Below are positions 41,289 to 63,962 of a DNA stretch of 64,000 nucleotides, piece after piece. The DNA is taken from positions 30,442,001-30,506,000 of the forward strand of contig OZ024745.1 in the NCBI GenBank assembly GCA_964016885.1. The letters are read 5' to 3'. The translations under genes were made by a program, and so were the position numbers. The DNA is from Eledone cirrhosa (lineage: Eukaryota). A model generated the notes under the pieces. It was not told where the DNA came from. It saw nothing but the letters and a program-made list of their open reading frames with translations, and made no database searches. Within the stretch, counting starts at the first letter, position 1, and each line of letters starts with the position of its first letter.

Positions 41289-41300
<12 letters not shown>
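40431..41300 (-). mobile_element. Non-autonomous Helitron
   Basis: CTAG 3' end with TACCCG..CGGGTA hairpin at 40431-40460. The 5' end TATATAAAACTGAGGATG is shared with the element at 42650. Confidence 0.78.
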
Positions 41301-41337
<37 letters not shown>

Positions 41338-41341
<4 letters not shown>

Positions 41342-41828
41342 AAATAACGAAACGAAATTAAATTTCGTTTCGCTTCTAACTCACTTTTGTATGACTGACG
41401 CTTAAACAATTAAGTTAAAGTGTACATCTACATATGTATACGGAAGTATTAGTATGCATATAAATACACACATGTATACATATGTACATGTACTGAGTTT
41501 TTCACTAGACACTTTACAGTGAGTGTCCAGCTAGTCTGTATGTAACAACACAGACGGACCGGGTTTTAGAGTCATACGAGTTTTCAAGGAAACACATTTC
41601 CTCTATTCTCCAGAGACTGTCTGGCTCTCTGGAGAATAGAGGAAATGTGTTTCCTTGAAAACTCGTATGACTCTAAAACCCGGTCCGTCTGTGTGGTTAC
41701 ATACAGACTAGCTGGACACTCACTGTAAAGTGTCTAGTGAAAAACTCAGTACATGTACATATGTATACATGTGTGTATTTATATGCATACTAATACTTCC
41801 GTATACATATGTAGATGTACACTTTAAC

Positions 41829-41835
<7 letters not shown>
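41338..41835. repeat. Fold-back element with near-perfect arms of about 205 bp
   Basis: 41409-41615 is the reverse complement of 41628-41835. Same family as 33548-33929. Confidence 0.92.
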
Positions 41836-41895
<60 letters not shown>

Positions 41896-41899
<4 letters not shown>

Positions 41900-42010
41900 A
41901 AAATGTTTGACCCCTACAGCAGAGCTCAAGCCGTTTCGACGGCTATTTCTGTCCAGAAATAGCCGTCGAAACGGCTAGAGCTCTGCCATCGGGGTCAAAC
42001 ATCTTCCTAT
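41896..42010. repeat. Short fold-back with arms of about 56 bp
   Basis: TAGGAAAATGTTTGACCCC...GGCTATTTCTG-TC-CAGAAATAGCC...GGGGTCAAACATCTTCCTA. Confidence 0.9.
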
Positions 42011-42086
42011 TACCCACTCTACTACCCTAAGTATTGAGTACTCTGGTGCGTTATGGGCCATCTGGTTCCTTACCACATTTCCTTCG

Positions 42087-42212
<126 letters not shown>

Positions 42213-42386
42213 GTGTTTGTTTGTGTTTATTGAAATTCAATTAGCCAGTCCTGTTTCTAAATATTAGCTTAACATGTGTGTAAAGTTTCATCAGGATCGG
42301 ATCACTGGTGGTGTAGGCGCCAACTGGTTATACACAGATACACAGATACCCAGACAGACAGACAGACAGAAATTGCCATTTATATA

Positions 42387-42424
<38 letters not shown>

Positions 42425-42649
42425 ATAATAATAAATTTGAAGACTAAAATCCAAAGAGGGCTCGATAAGGATAAATATATATCAAATATATAAGAACCGT
42501 AGAGCAAATATTTATTAAAATAACAGATTAAAGTTTAAGCAAAGAATCGCTGCTTTCACCCTTAACGGGATCTTATATATATATATTTATTAAAAAATAT
42601 ATATATATATTTATATATATATAGATAGATAGATAGATAGATAGATAGA

Positions 42650-43509
42650 TCTATATATATAAAACTGAGGATGTCTGTCTGTGTGTTTGTGATTTTGGAT
42701 CCCTAAAACTCGAGAAGCACAAAACCGACTGTTTTCAAACTTTACACATGTAATACTTATGTTTCAGGGAGTGTTCTGAGCAAAAGAAATTCCAAATTTT
42801 CAATGCCCTAGGGATTAGGCGATTTAGCGATCTCTCTCTATAATTCTTAGTCTTTCTCTTTTTAGATAGATACATATAACGTCGTGCCCTTATAATATCT
42901 GTCTGTATGTCTGGCTGTCTGCATTACGTCACTTCCCTGAGGATTTCTGTTTCTGTTTGTGTGTGTGTCTGTGAGTTTGAATCCCTAAAACTCGAGAAGT
43001 ACCCAACCGATTTTTTTCAAACTTAACATGTGTATGACTTTTTGATCTCCTAGGGCCCACATTAGGTGAAAAACTGCGTTTTTTAAGCTTTTTAGGGTTT
43101 CTTTTGAGGCGTTACGTCAGACCGATTTCCTTGAAATTGTAACTATGTATTAGTCAGTCTCTTCTTCATACTGTGAGCAAAGAAAATCCTACTTTTTTAT
43201 GACCTAGGGCCCGCATTAGGTGAAAAACTTCATTTTTTCAGCTTTTTAGAAGCGTTACGTCTAGCCAATTTTCCTGAAATTCCAAGGTATATTATGCACA
43301 TAAAAAAAATTATTTTCTTGATCCCCATAGGGCCCGCATTAGGTGAAAACCTGCATTTTTCCTGCTTCATCGAGGAAAATCTTAAAGATTATCCAGCCAT
43401 CAGAGTATTCGGTTTATTTTCTTTACATATTGTCCAGGCATGCAGCTTTTCCATGATTAGGTCTGTTGGCGGCCCGCGTTCCAAAATACCTTATCCCGTG
43501 CAACGCTAG
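42650..43509 (+). mobile_element. Non-autonomous Helitron
   Basis: A|TCTATATATATAAAACTGAGGATG at the 5' end and CCCGTGCAACG-CTAG|T at the 3' end (AT target, no TSD). Internal TAGGGCCCGCATTAGGTGAAAA repeats. Confidence 0.8.
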
Positions 43510-43674
43510 TATATAATAAATAATTCCTCACCACAAATTCTTAAATTCTTGGTACCTTATTTAACGGAAACTCTTGACACTACATATATATACATACATA
43601 CATATATATATATATCATCATCCTTTTACGTCCGCTTTTCCCTGCTTATATGTATGTATATATATGTATTTATG

Positions 43675-43753
<79 letters not shown>

Positions 43754-43833
43754 ATCTGTGTAGCGTCAAGAGTTTCCGTTAAATAAGGTACCAAGAATTT
43801 AAGAATTTGTGGTGACGAATTATTTATTATATA
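43510..43833. repeat. Inverted repeat of about 75 bp enclosing a TA/TG tract
   Basis: 43510-43584 is the reverse complement of 43759-43833. Confidence 0.9.
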
Positions 43834-43873
43834 TACATAACCCATGCTAGCATGGAAAATGGATGTTAAACGA

Positions 43874-43928
<55 letters not shown>

Positions 43929-44219
43929 CGCGTGCGTGTGTGTGTGTAGTGTAGACGAAGTTTCATACAATTAACATGTATGTGCTACCAATGGTTTTGG
44001 AGTCCCGTCACTGTATAATTGAGGAGGCTCTTTAAAACTAGCCCTTCATTCAAAACCCCCGGTTTTGCTTGTCCACCTATCTCTTCATTCACTCATACAT
44101 TTATTTACTAATGTTTGTACTCTCTCGTGTGTCCTCCTCCATACCACCCCCTCTTTTTCTGTCTTGTATTCTGTTGCATCCAGATCTGGTGTAGGTGAGC
44201 TATAAGGCCTCACTCATAT

Positions 44220-44730
44220 CAGTAATTTCCTTTCCACCCACATACAGTTGAGCCTAGCACTCAGGCCGATGACAACCAGCCACTCACCCATGATGCCTCT
44301 TGGTTCCCCAGTCCCCGGCTCCATGCCCCATCCTCCATCGCCACCAGTCGACACATGTAGCACTTGCAGCACTATGAACAGGTGGAAGATGGCTGGAACT
44401 GTTCGGGGTTCGGCTGTTTCCACTGCCTCACTTGTGTTGGCTTGACATGTCGAGACAACAGTGCCCTTGCAGCGTGGAGATGCAGCAACTGTCTCTTCCC
44501 CTCATCTGCCCAGCCACGGCCATCTGGCATACCACCAGATGAGACAGCGAGCTTGTCTGATGCCGAAGGCTCGCCGGTCAACATCGCTCGGCTCAGGCGG
44601 CTCCAAAAGATTCTGCTCGATCCCAAGAGCGGCCTGGGTGCTGGTAGCTGATGCTTTCCCAGCTAGCAGCACCAGAGGTGCTGATAATCTCCGACCTGGC
44701 TACCTCAAGGAGTTGCTATGCCCCCTCATC
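44220..44730 (+). mobile_element. CRE-like (restriction-endonuclease class) non-LTR retrotransposon fragment
   Basis: PHD-like Cys cluster (DTCSTC...FHCLTCVGL...WRCSNC), an IPRAAxVLVADA motif, and FPASSTRGADNLRPGYLKELL, which resembles the start of an RT domain. Confidence 0.55.
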
Positions 44731-44731
44731 C

Positions 44732-44775
<44 letters not shown>

Positions 44776-45459
44776 TGACGATTTCTATTTTGGAGTTTAA
44801 GTACAAATCCGGTTTGTATAGATTCGTAAACATCCAAAATTTCTCACCCAAGTAGAGGGAGCATTTTTCCTTCCATTTTTACATGGTGTTGAGTTTTGAA
44901 GCTTTTTCTATGTTCTGTCATAGAGTATTCCCTTTTTTTTATAGCTGCCGGACTCTTTTTGCTAGTGCTGTGGTGGTTTACATGCTGGGGTGTCTAAATG
45001 AGGAAAGTTGCAAGTAGAATCAGTGGTTCGGGTTGGTAAACCACTCAACATTATGCAAATCATGCATTGTAGATGTGCACATATATACACACAAAACAGC
45101 TACACAACCCCTTATTCTTCCAATAATCTACTTTCATAGATACTGACCACAGTATAATTAAGGAATGACATTCTCTAAGACGGATATATCTCTGTTGCCA
45201 CTTGGCAACCCCTACCTCCTCCGCCACACCTATCAGCCCACAAAGCTGGCATCAAGTGTCATTCGGGGGACCATCTGCGATCGATATAACACCATAGTTA
45301 GGCTATTCCTAAATCAATTTTTTTATTTTCTACCTTCTATTTTTTTCTTTATCTCCTATCTTCCATTCTATATTTAGGTTTAATATAATCCTATTGAAAC
45401 ATATTCCAACTACACACATAATATGAGAACAAACTTTTTATTATTATTTGTTAAGAACG

Positions 45460-45647
45460 TGGATTGGCAGTATCGGTAGAGGGTCGGACGCCATGCTTTG
45501 CAGCATAAAGTGACGGCCCTTTACGATCTGAGTTCAAATCCCGCTGAGGTTAACTTTGCCTTTCATCTTTACAGGGTCGATAATATAAAGTACCAGTAAT
45601 ACACAGGGATAATTGCTAGCCTTGTGCCAAATGTAGAAACAATTATT
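45460..45647 (+). mobile_element. tRNA-derived SINE with a target-site duplication of about 16 bp
   Basis: TTATTTGTTAAGAACG (45444-45459) and TTATTTGATAAGAACG (45643-45658) flank the copy. Confidence 0.88.
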
Positions 45648-46016
45648 TGATAAGAACGACACACCAATCAAAACCAGTAATATTTGACAAAATTTAAATC
45701 CAATTAATGTAACACTTATAAAAATATTCATTCTCTCAGATTAAAGAAAAAAATAATTGTTAAATATACGCCTGTACCTTTTCACTTTTACTTTTTCCCT
45801 ATATATATATATATTTAAGTGGTTCTGTAGATTCGTGGATTACTGAAGAAGGTATAAAAATTAGCGCTCCATGCTAAGGCAGAATGTATATATTAAGGAC
45901 AAAGTGTGGTCTCACATTAAAATCTTTATTGATGAAACACATCCTTTGCCATTTGTTTATAAACAATAAAGACCTTAATATGAAACATTGCTTTGCTTTT
46001 AACATATATATATATA

Positions 46017-47166
46017 CTAGCAGAGGTACCCGGCGTTGCTCGGGTATTAAATAGTAGTTGTGTATACCATTTATGTCAATACTTCAGTGCTACTTCGAAA
46101 ACTATACTTTTACAAAATCATCGGCTTTTTCCAAAAGAGGGTTCCTGCCCCCAGGGGCCCCCTACTCAATATGTGCCAATTCTGAGAGTTCACATTCATC
46201 TATAGGACAAACCTAACCCATGTGTCAAGTTTTGCGAAACTCGGTTGCGAACTCCAGAAGTTATGACGTTTTGTTGCATTGCACTGCAGTTCTTCAGTCG
46301 GCTCCAAGGAAGTGGTTAAAGGGGGTTATCTGCCCGGAGACCCTATAATCAATATCTGGAAAAATGAAAGTGCCCATGACCATCCTGAGTACATAAGTAA
46401 CCTATGTCTTAAGTTTGGTGAAATTACTGTAGAAATGCATAAAATTTATACACGCGCGAGCTCGTGTGTGTGTGTGTGTGTATGTGTGTGTGTGTGTGTG
46501 TGAGTGTGTGTGAGTGTGTGTGAGTGTGTGTGTGCGTGGGGGGGTATGTATTTATGTGGGGGGGGGATGTATTTGTGTGTGCGTATGTATGTGTATGTCC
46601 GTCGGGGCATACGAGTGTACTGGCCTAAATCTTCACTATTTACTTTTACTATTTTAATAACCTCTGTCATTTTCGTTTTCAATTTTATTTACATCATTCT
46701 TAAACTCCGGGGCTGGAAATCATTCTGTTATGTTAAATAGAATATTAGTCTAAAGACTCCATTTATACCATAAACTTGGTCTTGTCTTTGCATGAAAATG
46801 TTCTTTACGATCCACATAACGACGTATGATCCTCGCTTTTTTCCCGTTCATTGCCAGGGAACGTGTTCACGAACCAAAATATCGTCTTCCTGTTTTCGTT
46901 CGGTTGGATCGTTTCTCGGAATATTTACTTCTGCGTTCACAGATTACTCTCAGTTCAATTTGAATGGGAAATTCCTGTTTCATCAATTTTCTCCGTAACC
47001 ATAGAAGCTTGTACCCTAAAAGTCGACACAACGCCTCCTCCGGTCATTCTGCATAACTGTGTAAATTTTCGTTGCATTCCACCAAGCCGTTTCGACGTTT
47101 ATCCGACAACACTTACTTACTTACTTAAATATACAACGTCCGACCACTTCCAATTTATGTAGTAGA
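46017..47166 (-). mobile_element. Non-autonomous Helitron
   Basis: 5' TCTACTACATAAA at 47166 and a 3' hairpin TACCCGAGCAACGCCGGGTA plus CTAG at 46017. The 3' 400 bp is homologous to 40431-40860. Confidence 0.78.
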
Positions 47167-47276
47167 TATAATATAATATATATAAATGAAGTATTTCCAT
47201 CGGAAAGGTACAGGAGAAAAGAGTGCTCTGTGTAGGCTACAAAGTTTATTATTTATGTAATAAACAATATAAGATA

Positions 47277-47347
47277 GTTATTTCATTTACCAGTGGTTTC
47301 TTGAAAGCAGGTGTGTCTGTCTTCAGTCGTCAGAATGAATAAATAAC
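47277..47347 (-). ncRNA. Type I hammerhead ribozyme-like motif
   Basis: Minus strand: TTCATT-CTGACGA-cTGAAG..TTTCAa-GAAA-CCACTGG-TA^AATGAA. Confidence 0.6.
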
Positions 47348-47374
47348 ATGATGTTTTTATTAAATATGGATTAA

Positions 47375-57340
<9,966 letters not shown>

Positions 57341-57439
57341 TCAACTCTGGATGTCGGTGAGCATGTCCAGCCAACCTCAGTCTCCTCTGTGTCACTTTTG
57401 AGCTGACTTTTGGGATGCTCCCATACAGCTCCCATACAA

Positions 57440-57656
57440 CAATAGAGTTGACATTGCACTCAGTGCTCCTTTGGGAGCCCCTACATGGACACACTAGAAG
57501 AGGAAGACCAAGGTTAACATATGTTGATGCCCTAAGGACAGATACTGGTCTGTTGGAGATGCAGGATATGGCAGCGATAATGAGGGACAGAGACCGCTGG
57601 AGAGAACTCGTCCATGGATCTCGGGAATTTTACCCGCCTTAGATAGATAGATAGAT
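57440..57656 (+). mobile_element. RTE-like LINE extreme 3' fragment with (AGAT)n tail
   Basis: VLLWEPLHGHTRRGRPRLTYVDAL...MRDRDRWR resembles an RTE/RTE-X C-terminus; the stop runs directly into (TAGA)n. Confidence 0.75.
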
Positions 57657-57673
57657 ATATATATATATATACA

Positions 57674-57795
<122 letters not shown>

Positions 57796-57916
57796 GGAGG
57801 TGAGTTTTATTGTAGTACAATAAAGCAATGCAGATATCGGATAAGAAGCACTCTACAGTTTGTAGGACTGGAGTATGAATAATATAAGATCAAAAGATGG
57901 TTAAAGGAGTTCCATG

Positions 57917-57987
57917 TATTTTATTATGCGCATTTCAAAAACAAACATCATCATGCAATAATATTTGTGTTTTCATCAGATAAAACA
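57917..57987 (-). ncRNA. Type I hammerhead ribozyme in the Penelope 3' pseudo-LTR
   Basis: Reverse complement of the 61090-61160 motif, on the element's sense strand. Confidence 0.8.
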
Positions 57988-59010
57988 GGAGAACATGATA
58001 TGAAGGCTAAAAAACACTTGTGGATAGTGCAGTTTTAAATCTACATATGAAAAGTGGTTTTAGATTGATGTGTGATATTGGGAAAAATATTTTATTTAGA
58101 GAGGGGGGGGGGTGGAAAGGATGAAAAAGGGGGAGGAGATGAGAGGGAGAGATGGGTGATAGAGAGAAAGAGATAGCTTTTATAACTGAGAGGAGATATA
58201 CTGTCCCACACAGAGAGGTTGAAAACCGTTGGAAGATAATGTATAAACCACAAAAAAATTTTGAAAATCAACGAAAGGAGGATATGTGCGAGGAAAAAGT
58301 ATTTTATTTATGGAGGGGGGCTGGAAAGGATGAAAAAAAGGGGGAGGAGATGAGAGTGAAGGTGGAGAGGGAGAGATGGGCGATAGAGAGAAAGAGATAG
58401 TTTTTATAACTGAGAGAAAAATACATTGCCTTACACAGAGAGGTTGAGAAACCGTTGGAAGATAATGTATAAATTAAAGGAATTTGAAAATTAACGAAGG
58501 GAATTTATGTATGAAGATAGAGAGAAGAAATAATAATTGTGGATGAATATTCTAACGTCAAAAAAAGGGTATGTTGTGGCAATTTCAAAATTAACGAAGA
58601 GAAAAATTATTAAGGTTTGTGTGTAGAAGGATTTGAGAAAAATAATGTGAAGTTAAAGTTTGTATATTGGAGGAATTGATAATATATGCGAATAGAGTTA
58701 ATATGTATTAAGAATGAGTTCGTTGATGGGGAGAAAAAAAAATAAATTAAGGATGAAATTGAGATTAAAAAGATTTATGAGAGAGAGAAAAAAATAATGA
58801 TTGCGGATAAATATTCTAACGTCAAAAAAAAACAGATTTATATGTTATGAATGATTTTACAAGGTGAAGATAGAGTGAGGGTAATGAGTAAACAAGTATT
58901 ATAGAGTGTATAAAGCCCTTTAAAGTATGGTAGGAAGATGGGTATATTTTAAAGAGGTGTATGTATATGTGCCTTTGAGAAAAGATTCTAAATTGATAAA
59001 GAATTGAATA

Positions 59011-60884
59011 TTAACTGTATACTTTGTGAAAAGTTCTATGGAATTTATGCAGGCAGATAGAAAACAAATCTGTGCGTCTATTTATTATAGAATCTAGGTT
59101 AGAGATAATGGTAAATTTTTCATTTAGGCAGAGATTACAGATTTTAGATAGAGAGCTGTTCAAGTATGAGGATGCAGAAGAAATCTTCTTCCAAAAGATG
59201 GTATATTTAATGTTTTTGTCTTTTAAGGACCATATGAGTTCTGAGAGAGCAGTGTTAGTTCTTTTAAGTTTGTATTTGAAAGATGAATGATGATTATAGA
59301 GACGAGCTTTAAAAGAGGTGGAAGTGGAGCCAAAATAGGTGAAGGAATTGGTGCTAGTTATAATTTTACATTCATAAATTAAGTTTTTATCGAGACAATG
59401 GTTGTTGAGAGGACATTTATTTTTAATGCGGCAGTTGCAATTAGAGAGATTATTAATGAGTGATCTAGTGTTATCTATAGAAGGAATTGGATTGGAGAAG
59501 TTGTTTGCGATAGGAATAATAGGAATAATAGTTTCTTGATTTAGAGTTGGATTATGAACATTTAGCGAAGTTGTGTTTGACGTTGTATTTGGGTTTACAG
59601 AAGTTAGCCTAGGGTTTACAATGACGTCGGGAGTACTATTACTGTTATTATGAAATTCAATATTGGAAGGAAGAGATTTAGTATTTAGTATTTTATTGTT
59701 GTGTTTAGAGATGATGTTGGAAATATTGGAGGATGTAGAATACGAAAATTTGATGGTGTGTTTGTTAAATATTTTACTATAGATATGTGAGGGAGGGAAG
59801 CATTTATTTAAGGCACTAAAAAATAATTTAGGAATATTGTTATTAATAGAGATGGAGAAAGGAGCATTATACCAGATTATGTTTTTGTATCTAGGTCTTT
59901 TATTAAAATTATTGGAATGGTCATGATTAATTATTCTACTGTAAGTTTTTCTAGAATTTGTTTCTTTACTATATTTGATTTTATCTGGATAGCCGGCTTT
60001 AGAAAGTGCGTTATTATAGTAATTGGCGTTAGCATCAAAGATGTTTTTATTAGAAGATATGTTAGATATTCTATTTCCAATATTATTAACTATAGCATTC
60101 TTGATATTGGTAGGATGGTTAGATTTAAAGTTAACATAATTAAGGTTCTCATTGTTTTTATGGTAAGGGTAATATAGGCCAGTGTCAAGATTAAGAGATA
60201 CATCCAAGAAATTAGCTAGTTTGATACTATTATCAAATTCAATTTTTAGGTTATGTTGGTTAAAGAGATTACGTATATTGTTCTTAATAATATTAAGGTT
60301 AACTATATTGCAATTTAGGATAGTAAAGAGTCCATCGTCACGATAAATTCCACCGCGAAGTTGAGGAATTTTCCGACTCAAAGAGTTCAAAATGAAGATA
60401 CCAATTAAATCAGTCAATTGGGATGAATCGGATGCTCCCATTGTGATGTCGAAGTTGTTAGAGGTATCGGCTCTGGTCCAATATTCGTTGTTGAACTCTA
60501 GGATGGTTTTACGTGCGGTGAGGATGATGTGAAGTTCATCTGTGGTGATGTCAGAATATTTAAGTGCGAAAGATAGAGCATTATTGAGAAGTGAAGGCGA
60601 AATGGAGGAATAGTAGCTGGCAATATCAAATTGAATAAATTTTAGTTTGTTTTTATTATCGAATTTGTTGAACCAGCCAATCACTTCAGAAGTACCAAAC
60701 CCTAAATTTAGGTTCAAAGAAGAGCAATTAGAACTAACCTGTGGGATAATTCTATCCAAGATGGCTTTACTAACAACTCCCAGATCAGATTTAGAGGGGG
60801 CGATTAATCTAACAGGTAGTTCAGTGCGAAAATTGTTTTTGTGATCCTTGAGATTTATCCTCGGAGTTATCTCCTTGAGATTTA
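59011..60884 (-). CDS. Penelope-like reverse transcriptase plus GIY-YIG endonuclease (uninterrupted, N-terminally truncated)
   Basis: RT motifs PVRLI, QFDIASYYSSI, ITMGA, IYRDDG, FLDVSL and SNHP, then CNCRIKNKCPLNNHC, NLIY...TYFGST...KARLYNH and CNLC..EK. The predicted first 13 aa come from the inverted repeat. Confidence 0.9.
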
Positions 60885-61089
60885 TCTCAGTTATAAAAGC
60901 TATCTCTTTCTCTCTATCACCCATCTCTCCCTCTCATCTCCTCCCCCTTTTTCATCCTTTCCACCCCACCCCCCTCTCTAAATAAAATATTTTTCCCAAT
61001 ATCACACATCAATCTAAAACCACTTTTCATATGTAGATTTAAAACTGCACTATCCACAAGTGTTTTTTAGCCTTCATATCATGTTCTCC

Positions 61090-61160
61090 TGTTTTATCTG
61101 ATGAAAACACAAATATTATTGCATGATGATGTTTGTTTTTGAAATGCGCATAATAAAATA
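61090..61160 (+). ncRNA. Type I hammerhead ribozyme in the inverted pseudo-LTR copy
   Basis: TGTTTTAT-CTGATGA-AAACACAAATATTAT..ATGATGTTTGTTTTT-GAAA-TGCGCA-TA^ATAAAATA. Stem III is palindromic. Confidence 0.8.
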
Positions 61161-61281
61161 CATGGAACTCCTTTAACCATCTTTTGATCTTATATTATGC
61201 ATACTCCAGTCCTACAAACTGTAGAGTGCTTCTTATCCGATATCTGCATTGCTTTATTGTACTACAATAAAACTCACCTCC

Positions 61282-61284
<3 letters not shown>

Positions 61285-61353
<69 letters not shown>

Positions 61354-61362
61354 CTATATATA

Positions 61363-61404
<42 letters not shown>

Positions 61405-61412
61405 TATATATA

Positions 61413-61450
<38 letters not shown>

Positions 61451-61466
61451 TATATATATATATATA

Positions 61467-61502
<36 letters not shown>

Positions 61503-61674
61503 TATATATATATATATATACTATATATATATACTATATATACTATATATATATACTATATATATATATATACTATATATATATACTATATATATATACT
61601 ATATATATATATATATACTATATATATACTATATATATATATATATACTATATATATATATATATATATATATA
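61285..61674. repeat. C(TA)n tract
   Basis: Read directly from the sequence. Confidence 0.97.
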
Positions 61675-63962
61675 AGGTTCATCGAAGTGAATTCCACCGA
61701 CGGACAGAGTTTGACCTTGCGACTTGTTTATGGACATCGCAAAGGTAACATGAAGGGGAAATTGGGTTCGGCGAAAGGAGAAGGGAGTATCCACGCCTGA
61801 TGTAATCAGGCTAATTTTTGTTATTATCACATCCTCGCCTTTTCCACACCCGGATAGAATGGTAGCGTCAATACTAAGTGGAGACAGTTTTTTAACCACA
61901 AGGCGTGTACCATTGCAGAGTTTTGGAGGAGTGATATTTCTCAGCAAAACAACTGGTGTACCCTCTTTCAGAATCAATGTATGAGGAGGTAAACCAGGAG
62001 GATTTCACATACAGTATCAATAGATTTATATATCCGTGGACATCCAGGAAGAAGCTGAAGAAGCTGATCGTTAATACAGCTAACCGTGATATTTTTGGGT
62101 GCAAGAATGGCTCTTTCGCATAGCCAATCAAGATTTGTATAGTTATCATGCAAGTTCGGGAATGCACTCGCCTTGAGATCATCGACAGTTTCACCTATAT
62201 TGCAGATGTGATCAATTGCTATGTGTCCATCTGTATCCGGTGGCAGGTTACCATCTCCTATTGTAAGAATGTCTCCAGAAAATGTTGATGACAGAGGGTC
62301 CCCATTCAACCTTGCACGCATGTTGGTAGTTAGTCTTAATGATGTCACTTGTCACCACAATGGTGAAGACTTAAGAGATGCATTTACCGCATCTGCTCTT
62401 GTTCGTTTCGGTATTATAGGAAGAGTCTGTCTGAAGTCTCCTGATAGCAGAAGGGTGACACCCCCCATAACATCACTGCAATCCCGTATGTCTTGCAAAG
62501 ACCTGTCTAGTGCCTCAAGAGCACCTTTGTGCGCCATTGTGCACTCACCCCAAACAATAAGGTGACACCTTCGCAACAGATGAGCCCTTTCAGAGTCTTT
62601 GGTGATATGACAAGTAGGAGTTTCCAATTTTGGGGCCAAATCAAGGGGCAATTTAAAAACTGAATGTGCCGTCCTTCCACCAGGGAGCAAAGTTGCTGCG
62701 ATTCCAGAAGACGCAACTGCTATTGTTATGCCCTTATTCTGTCTAACCTTTGCAAGAAGAAGCTTAGTAACGAAAGTTTTTCATCTCGGCTGTTTTCACG
62801 AAGTAATCCAAACGTAGCAGCATCAGAGCCTTTATTAATGTACTTACAAATGTATTTTATAGATTTAATCGAATTACAGTATTCTACGTTTATGTGTGCA
62901 TCAAAAATCTTTATAAGGAGTGGATTATATGGAACAACCCATCTGTTGTCAACCTCATGTTTGCCAACCTTTGCTGTGAATGCACCATGTTCGGGTCTTC
63001 TCCGGCGATATAGTGGGTATCCGTCATGACCAGTCTGAGTGTCCTTAAGGAACTGTCGGGGAAATTTCTTTGAGCACCTAGACTTGTCCTTAACACACGG
63101 TAGGTTGTTGTGAAATCCATGTTCACATGGGCCATGCACCATGTGTGCTTTAACTTTTTGTTAAAGGTCCCTGTCGATTGCCGGATCCGGGAACTCAGCA
63201 TAAATGACATTGTCAATTTCATCTGATCTAAGTTTTGTATTTAACCAAATCAGAATGTGGGCATGTGGCAAGCCTCGTTTTTGCCACTCAATTGTAACCT
63301 GTCACATTGTACTGGGCCAAAGATTTCACCTGTTTTGATAAGTTCCATGAGCTTAATTAACTTAAGATGGAAAACTCTGGCAATAAGATCCTGCCTGGCT
63401 GTGGCTTTTTGACCTGGAAAGAGTTCTTTCTGAATCTCTTCCCATTTTGGGTTTGAAGTGAAAGCAATAAACAAATCTGGTTTACCAAAAAGGCGCACAA
63501 AAGTTAAAGCATCTTGAAATTTTTCGAAAAAGAACCGAGGACTTCCTGTGAAAGATGAAGGAAGGATGCACAACAGTCCAATACTATCAGGATCTGCATC
63601 ATTGTTCATTCCACCACGAAGGTGAATGTAAGTGTCACAGCGAAGTTGTTTCTAATTAAGTCGAATGAAGCCTAATCTCTCGGACTCCATTTTTGCGAAC
63701 ATGTCAACTGTCAATTGATTGAAGAGGTCTTGTGATCGGTGCAGCTGGTTGAAGCAGTTGTCGCGGATCATGAACCGGAAAGCGTAAAAATCCATGCATG
63801 TGACAATTTTCGTGGTATGCTCATCTTTGTTTGTGGAATTAATTTGATGAATTCCGAAATGGTATCCATCCTCACCATAAACAAATAATAGCGGATACTG
63901 GAGTGCGTCGTAAGATCGATGGGTTTCACTTATTCTGTTAAGGCTGTTGTCTCGTCGCTTGA
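61675..63962 (-). pseudogene. Helitron Rep/PIF1-like helicase pseudogene, frameshifted and internally deleted
   Basis: Rep side: YDALQYPLLF, ILPSSFTGSPR, GKPDLF, EWQKRGLPHAHILIW, MVHGPC, YPLYRRR, VVPYNP, HINVE, KYICKYINKG. Helicase side: ASSGIAATLL, GRTAHS, SGDFRQ, LTTNMR, LCNGTRL, FAMSINKSQGQTL. Confidence 0.95.

Noticed and set aside
58152-58400. 82-aa ORF sharing the MGDREKEIAFITE start with the Penelope ORF
   Set aside because: The shared start is a by-product of the inverted repeat; this ORF is antisense to the element's 3' UTR.
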